Source: a virus
Virus record (IMG/VR): IMGVR_UViG_3300029437_000019
Span: 1-41,797 of that record
Length of the DNA stretch: 41,797 nt
Strand: one strand, 5' to 3'
The position numbers were made by a program, and so were the translations under genes. Position 1 is the stretch's first letter. Each line of letters begins with the position of its first letter. A model generated the notes under the pieces. That model saw nothing but the letters and a program-made list of their open reading frames with translations, did not search any database and had not been told where the DNA came from. This document shows, in pieces, positions 37,226 to 41,797 of this stretch.

Positions 37226-37971
37226 TACTTGAGCAGGTACGTCCAGCTATTTTTCCCCAGCAGCCCATCCACGCCGAGGCCGTGCTCCGCCTGCATCTTT
37301 TTCAGCCCCTGCTCCATCTTCGCGCCGAACAACTTGTCCGTCGCCGGGATATTCCAGGGATAATAGCCCTTGTCCTTCATCAGCAGCATGGCCGCGCGGA
37401 CATCGTTGCCGCTCATGCCGCGCTTGAGCATTCTCAGTTCCATTTTGACTGTTTCCTCCTTTGTCGGTGTGGGTGTGGGGCTGATTTCCTCCGCCTCGTA
37501 CTGCGGACGGATGATCATCATGATCTCCGACGGATAGCGGGTTCTGATCTGGACTTCGCCACCGTTGGAATTGTTATCGACGGAGGTATTGCCCTCACAG
37601 GTCTGATAGCTGCCGTTCGCGTTTTTGGCGTCGATAAATCCAATGTGGTCGCCGCTACCGTTGTGGTTCCAATCGAAAAGGGCAAGGTCGCCGTGACGCC
37701 CCTGATCTTTCGAGACTACCAGCCCCTTGGATTTTGCCCAGTCACGGACGGTATCGACCCACGCGGTCTTTTTTCCGTCGCAGAACAGGTTGGACGCGCC
37801 TGCCATGCGGAAGGTGTCCCAAACGAATACGACACACCACGCATAATTCCCGCCACTGACTTCATGCCCGTAGTAGTGGGTGTTGAAGATGACGTTGTTG
37901 CTATATGCTGGGCTTTCCTTCGTACCGACATAAGACTTTGCGAGTTTCATGATCTCGCTTGCTTTTGCCAT
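37225..37971 (-). CDS. Endolysin: CHAP domain plus C-terminal peptidoglycan-binding domain
   Basis: Catalytic-type NYAWCVVFVW (Cys) and GDHIGFID (His). C-terminal ..HGLGVDGLLGKNSW resembles PG_binding_1. Confidence 0.85.
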   Translation of the reverse strand: MAKASEIMKLAKSYVGTKESPAYSNNVIFNTHYYGHEVSGGNYAWCVVFVWDTFRMAGASNLFCDGKKTAWVDTVRDWAKSKGLVVSKDQGRHGDLALFDWNHNGSGDHIGFIDAKNANGSYQTCEGNTSVDNNSNGGEVQIRTRYPSEIMMIIRPQYEAEEISPTPTPTKEETVKMELRMLKRGMSGNDVRAAMLLMKDKGYYPWNIPATDKLFGAKMEQGLKKMQAEHGLGVDGLLGKNSWTYLLK

Positions 37972-37995
37972 TTGATTCTCCCCCTTTCGGATTAC

Positions 37996-38199
37996 TTACT
38001 GCTCCTTCTTGTAAGCAGCGGAGCTGATGCCCAGCAGCACACCGAGGAAGGTGTCCGCAGCCGTGATCGTGCCGACGACCTGCTCCCCGTAGGGAAGCCC
38101 CCAGATACCGGACAGCGCAAAGTACAGCGTGCCCAGCGCGGGCAGCAGATACAGCGCGATCCACTTCAGAATGTCATAGACCTTGTTGCTCAGTTTCAT
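37996..38199 (-). CDS. Holin (Dp-1-type)
   Basis: MKLSNKVYDILKWIALYLLPALGTLYFALSGIWGLPYGEQVVGTITAADTFLGVLLGISS. The ATG at 38199 sits 8 nt after AGGAG. Confidence 0.8.
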   Translation of the reverse strand: MKLSNKVYDILKWIALYLLPALGTLYFALSGIWGLPYGEQVVGTITAADTFLGVLLGISSAAYKKEQ

Positions 38200-38257
38200 T
38201 TCCATTTCTCCTTTCAAAAATTCACCGGTTGCCCGGTTTTTTTCTTTCCCGCTGCGG

Positions 38258-38542
38258 TCAGATCAGCCGCCCCAGCAGCGCGCCCACCAACACCGAGATC
38301 AGCGCCGTCACGACTGCCGTCACCACGCCGTCCCAGCGCTTCGCTGGCTTTTCCAGGAGCTTATCGACGTTGGTTTTAATTGTCGATACGTCGCTCTTGG
38401 TGTGCTCCATGTCCTTCTGCAGGCCGCAAATCGCCGTGACCAGCTTTTCCTGCTCGTCCACGCGCTCCTCCAGCCTGTCCAGCCGGTGCCCGTTTGATTT
38501 GCTCCGCTGCTCGTTCTCGATCACCTTTGTCTCCAGTTCCAT
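38258..38542 (-). CDS. xhlA: XhlA-like lysis-associated membrane protein
   Basis: N-terminal coiled-coil plus a single C-terminal TM (VVTAVVTALISVLVGALLG), directly upstream of the holin. Confidence 0.65.
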   Translation of the reverse strand: MELETKVIENEQRSKSNGHRLDRLEERVDEQEKLVTAICGLQKDMEHTKSDVSTIKTNVDKLLEKPAKRWDGVVTAVVTALISVLVGALLGRLI

Positions 38543-38557
38543 TCGCATCCCCCTCCG

Positions 38558-38923
38558 TCAATCCAGCCAAGCAGGCCTGTCCGGGATGATCAGCGTCGCC
38601 GGTGCGTCCAACCATGCCTTGTACCACTTGCGCAGCTCAACAAGATGCGCGATGCTGACGCCCTCATACCATAGCTGCCCCCGGTTGATCACTGAGTAGC
38701 ACTCGCGCTCTCGACGCGCGCGGATCGCGTTTTGTCTGTCTGCAAGCTGCAATGCCGCAAGCTTGTCCGTATCGAGCGTCAGGACACCGTCAATCAGTCT
38801 GTAAGCCGCATAGTGCTCCGCCTCAAAGCCTTCCGGTAACTCCACATTGATATTGCAAGCACTACCTTCGCCGACAAGCACGTAGTTCTCCACATATCCA
38901 TTTTTATCGACCTGAATTTTCAT
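38558..38923 (-). CDS. Tail-fibre assembly chaperone-like protein
   Basis: 121 aa, immediately after the fibre gene. C-terminal ..LWYEGVSIAHLVELRKWYKAWLDAPATLIIPDRPAWLD is typical of fibre-assembly proteins. Confidence 0.5.
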   Translation of the reverse strand: MKIQVDKNGYVENYVLVGEGSACNINVELPEGFEAEHYAAYRLIDGVLTLDTDKLAALQLADRQNAIRARRERECYSVINRGQLWYEGVSIAHLVELRKWYKAWLDAPATLIIPDRPAWLD

Positions 38924-38933
38924 GTTGCTCTCC

Positions 38934-41057
38934 TTATGCCGTTGCGTATATCCATGCGGTGGTCCCGCTTACGTCACTGTCCATCCGAAGCGTTACCGCC
39001 ATGTTCCCGCCGCTGCCGGTAATCGTTACCACCGCACGGTAGTAATCATTATAGGTCGGCACGAATAAGCCCCATTCGCCGGCCATCGCAGGCAGTGTAA
39101 AGGTTGTATAATAATTACCGCTGTTCTTAGAATCCGACCTGATAATTACCAATAGATTTTTGAAAATGCGGCCATCAAAAGAGCCGGAAACGGTTGCGCT
39201 CGCACTGGCTCCCAGCGTTCCGCTTGTTACGATGGCTGCCCCGCCGGGATAATAGATGTTGCCGTCACTATTCAGCAGAAACTGATGTGTATTACCTGTC
39301 CCGTTGGAATAAGCTGTATCACTGGTGTAATTGATGAAAAGTCCATTATCCAGCGTCCCTATTGTCCAGTCACCATCGACTGTTTTGGACGATATGATAG
39401 GATAGTACAGGCCTCTGTCACTTACTGCATCTGGTCGTCTCAGGATAGCGAGATCTCTGCCGCCAGCCCAATCTGAACTATTGCCCGGATGGGTAATCTT
39501 ACTGCCCGCGTCCATAGTGCCACCAGCCAGAGGGAGGGCTTTCAGGTTTTCCAGCGCCTTCTCCGGCGTCGTTGCCCCGGTACCGCCATTGCTCACTGGC
39601 AGCGTCCCCGTCACATCTCTGCCTCCGAGGTCTACACTGTCTTTGCTGGCCAGTGCGCCGGACGGCACATTCGCAGGGTTCGCCGGTGTGTACCCCAGTG
39701 CCGCCGTGATTGCAGCCTCCGTCACGGTTGCATCCGTGCCCGGCTCTCCTTGCGGGCCTTGCGCGCCGGGTTCTCCCTTTTCCCCCGGCTCTCCCTGTGG
39801 CCCTTGCGCTCCTGTCTCGCCCTTTGCGCCGGTCTCACCCTTCGGCCCCTGATCTCCCTTCGGCCCCTTGATGTTGACCGGTGGCGGATTTTCCAAGCCT
39901 CCGTCGTTTGTCCACGAGATCACGCCCGCTTCGCTCACGCTCGGGGAGAAGGTCGTGCCCGGCTTCCCTGCGCCGCCTCCGCCCGATGTCACGCCGATGT
40001 TACTCCGTGCCTGTGCTTTCTGCGCCTCCGTCAGGCTCTGCGGCGTGTACTTTACGGCATCTGCACCGGCACCTCCCCGTGCCTGCTCCGCCCAGTATTT
40101 CGCGTTGTTGTGGTATGCCGGGTCTGTCGCCGGTACCTCCGCCGTTCCCCGCTTTCCTTCCGCCCATGCCTGCGCGGTCTGCGCTGAGGAATCCGCCTCG
40201 CTCGCAAAGATGTCCGCGTCCTGCGCGGCGTTCTGCGCAGCGTTTTTTGCCGCAACCGCCGCATCTCTCGAGTTTGAGGCAACCAGCGCCGAGTCATATG
40301 CCTCCTGCTCCGAGTCTCCCGCTCGCTGCTGCGCGGCCTGCGCCGCCTCCTTTGCCGCATTTGCCGCTGCCGCCTGCTGGCTTGCCGTGGCCGCAGATCC
40401 CGCTGCGGCTGTTTTTGCCGCCGTCGCTGCCGCCGTCGCCTCCTGCGCCGCCTGATTTGCAGACGCCGTGATCGTCGTCTGTGCAGCCTGTGTGATCTCG
40501 TTCTGGATGCCCTGCATATCCACAAGGTCGTGCCAGTCCTCCGTCCCGTCCGTCGCCCACTGGATCACCTTGCCCTGGTACTGCATCTTGGTCCCCCGTC
40601 CGTCCGCGCCGTGCAGGGATTGCAGCCACTGCTCCTCCGTGCCGGTGTAGCCGTGCTTTTTGGCGATCGCATAGGCCGATAGATAGTATTGCAGCAGATC
40701 CGCCCGCCCGTCTGCCGGTGCGAGCACCTCCGCCACATAATGCACATACTCCGTGTAGTATGCGTTAAACATCTGCATTGTGTTCTGGTATTTGCTGTAC
40801 TCGCCGTTTGCGTAGTCGATCTGCGCCATCAGGTACTGCGTGTAGAGCTTGTCGTATGGCATCGGCGCGGTCAGCTCTGCCGTTGGCAGGCTGCCGTCCG
40901 CCCCGATCTCGTACGGCTTGATGTCCGTCACCGTCACAAGGTGGATTTCGCTCAGCACCATCCCCTCGATCTCGTTGACCCACATCAACAGGATTTCGTC
41001 GTCAAACGGTGTCGGCTTCAGCTTCTTTGCGAGCTTGATCAGTTTGTCGATCGTCAT
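38934..41057 (-). CDS. Tail fibre with collagen-like repeat
   Basis: Motifs: SAYAIAKKHGYTGTEEQWLQSLHGADG; an Ala/Gln-rich coiled region; 14 G-X-Y triplets; ..AALGYTPANPANV; ..LPVSNGGTGATTPEKALENL. The C-terminal domain is AT-richer. Confidence 0.8.
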   Translation of the reverse strand: MTIDKLIKLAKKLKPTPFDDEILLMWVNEIEGMVLSEIHLVTVTDIKPYEIGADGSLPTAELTAPMPYDKLYTQYLMAQIDYANGEYSKYQNTMQMFNAYYTEYVHYVAEVLAPADGRADLLQYYLSAYAIAKKHGYTGTEEQWLQSLHGADGRGTKMQYQGKVIQWATDGTEDWHDLVDMQGIQNEITQAAQTTITASANQAAQEATAAATAAKTAAAGSAATASQQAAAANAAKEAAQAAQQRAGDSEQEAYDSALVASNSRDAAVAAKNAAQNAAQDADIFASEADSSAQTAQAWAEGKRGTAEVPATDPAYHNNAKYWAEQARGGAGADAVKYTPQSLTEAQKAQARSNIGVTSGGGGAGKPGTTFSPSVSEAGVISWTNDGGLENPPPVNIKGPKGDQGPKGETGAKGETGAQGPQGEPGEKGEPGAQGPQGEPGTDATVTEAAITAALGYTPANPANVPSGALASKDSVDLGGRDVTGTLPVSNGGTGATTPEKALENLKALPLAGGTMDAGSKITHPGNSSDWAGGRDLAILRRPDAVSDRGLYYPIISSKTVDGDWTIGTLDNGLFINYTSDTAYSNGTGNTHQFLLNSDGNIYYPGGAAIVTSGTLGASASATVSGSFDGRIFKNLLVIIRSDSKNSGNYYTTFTLPAMAGEWGLFVPTYNDYYRAVVTITGSGGNMAVTLRMDSDVSGTTAWIYATA
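39738..39866 (-). repeat. Collagen-like G-X-Y repeat (aa 398-440 of the fibre)
   Basis: Encodes GPKGDQGPKGETGAKGETGAQGPQGEPGEKGEPGAQGPQGEPG. Confidence 0.9.
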
Positions 41058-41601
41058 TTTCGTTCTCCTCTCCCGGCAGTCTCAGCCCCAGCTCCCGCAG
41101 CAGCTCCAGCTTTTCCTGTGCCGTCATTGTTTTGCTCACGACCTCTCGCGTCTCCTTGTCGAGGCTGATCTCCTGCCGCTCCTTCCATCCGCAGTTGTGC
41201 TGCAGGCTAAATTTCGCGCCCGCTGCGGAGGATTTTTCCAGCACCTTCCCGGCCAGATAGTCCTCCACGCGCCCCCGCGCGCGCTCCACCGTGTCGGCAT
41301 ACGCCTTTTTCTTGCCGTATTCCGCCCACGTCGAGCGGTGGATGCCCAAAAACAGGCATAACCCCGCCATACTTGGCTTTTTGATCCAGATTTCCTCCAC
41401 CGCCGGCGTTCCGTCCGCCGCGACCGGCCGGACGAATTTCTTCCTCGGGTGCCCGAAGGCATCCAGCGTCACGCCATAGGTGCCGTCCGGTTGCTCCTGA
41501 TAGTCGATCTCCTCCAGGATGAGCGGACGCACCACGCGGATGGAGTCAAAATATCTGTCCACGGCCTCCGCCAGCTCCCGCGGCCTGTATCTTGTCTGCA
41601 C
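41002..41601 (-). CDS. terS: Terminase small subunit
   Basis: GTG at 41601 follows GGAGGGAGG. Sequence reads ..AEAVDRYFDSI...KPSMAGLCLFLGIHRSTWAEYGKKK...AGAKFSLQHNCGWKERQE. Its 3' end overlaps the fibre start by 56 nt. Confidence 0.75.
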   Translation of the reverse strand: MQTRYRPRELAEAVDRYFDSIRVVRPLILEEIDYQEQPDGTYGVTLDAFGHPRKKFVRPVAADGTPAVEEIWIKKPSMAGLCLFLGIHRSTWAEYGKKKAYADTVERARGRVEDYLAGKVLEKSSAAGAKFSLQHNCGWKERQEISLDKETREVVSKTMTAQEKLELLRELGLRLPGEENENDDRQTDQARKEAEADTV

Positions 41602-41625
41602 GCATCCTCCCTCCTTTGCACCCTG

Positions 41626-41659
41626 ATTATCGCCTCCCCGCCCCCGCAGTTACTTCCAA
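41626..41659 (-). promoter_or_regulatory. Candidate late promoter, copy 2 (TTGGAAGTAACTG-N15-GATAAT)
   Basis: On the - strand, the 13-mer is at 41647-41659 and GATAAT at 41626-41631, 24 nt upstream of the terS start. Confidence 0.5.
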
Positions 41660-41698
41660 TTCTTCCCGCCGAAAAAATTTTTCGATTTTTTGAAAAAA

Positions 41699-41797
41699 GT
41701 GCTTGACATACCACTCATTGAGTGGTATTATATAAGTGTAAAGAGCAAGACCCCACAAAACAAAATATTTGGAGGAAATTAAAATGGCAAAGGTTAT
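41699..41797. repeat. Terminal direct repeat, copy 2 (identical to 1-99)
   Basis: Read directly. Confidence 0.95.

Larger units (their letters stand above)
1..41698. mobile_element. Complete temperate phage genome, one circular unit (podovirus-like gene content, Gram-positive host signals)
   Basis: Carries tyrosine integrase plus attP with a tRNA 3' fragment, a CI-like repressor, XhlA/holin/CHAP endolysin and terS/terL/portal/capsid genes. Nt 1-99 repeat exactly at 41699-41797. A GGAGG-type RBS lies 5-9 nt before almost every start. No host housekeeping genes. Confidence 0.85.

Noticed and set aside
38934-39480. Diversity-generating retroelement targeting the fibre tip.
   Set aside because: No reverse transcriptase gene is present, and I could not find a template/variable repeat pair. 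The composition shift is better explained by domain exchange.
1-41797. Integrated prophage with host flanks.
   Set aside because: The ends are identical and internal to phage genes, attP is intact rather than split into attL and attR, and no host genes are present.

Overview
The window is one complete, circularly closing temperate phage genome. The first 99 nt recur exactly at 41699-41797, giving a 41,698-bp unit. G+C is high by eye, with several clearly AT-richer islands. GGAGG-type ribosome-binding sites (RBS) and an XhlA / Dp-1-type holin / CHAP endolysin cassette point to a Gram-positive, probably Clostridia-like, host.

Layout:
- 86-642 (+): two small genes behind a consensus promoter whose spacer is a palindromic operator.
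- 8734 down to 682 (-): a tightly coupled early operon. It holds many small Cys-rich proteins, an HNH-like nuclease, XRE regulators, a cytosine-5 methyltransferase, DUF551-like and DUF4406-like proteins and an HUH Rep-like initiator.
- 8753-12849 (+): the lysogeny module. It holds a 2-TM protein, a CI-like repressor, a membrane protein with two Ada/'sunset' Zn domains, a membrane-anchored HTH regulator and a tyrosine integrase.
- 12846-13100: attP, carrying a tRNA 3' fragment flanked by 24-nt arm repeats.
- 41601 down to 13105 (-): late genes. In order: terS, collagen-like tail fibre, fibre chaperone, lysis cassette, sigma-region-4-like regulator, scaffold, decoration, capsid, a 619-aa structural protein, terL, portal, a 344-aa protein, a single 3,910-aa ORF, then a six-gene tail-end cassette.

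Most unusual items:
1. The 11.7-kb ORF (28% of the genome) has two HExxH modules and an internal low-GC insert. I read it as a virion-delivered polyvalent/ejection protein.
2. The attP-proximal cassette has weak resemblances to spore-coat and exosporium proteins and its own palindromes and attenuator-like leader.
3. A conserved late-promoter-like motif precedes both late transcription units.
4. A motif-bearing ORF overlaps the methyltransferase gene in another frame.

All functional calls rest on motif recognition by eye; no searches were run.
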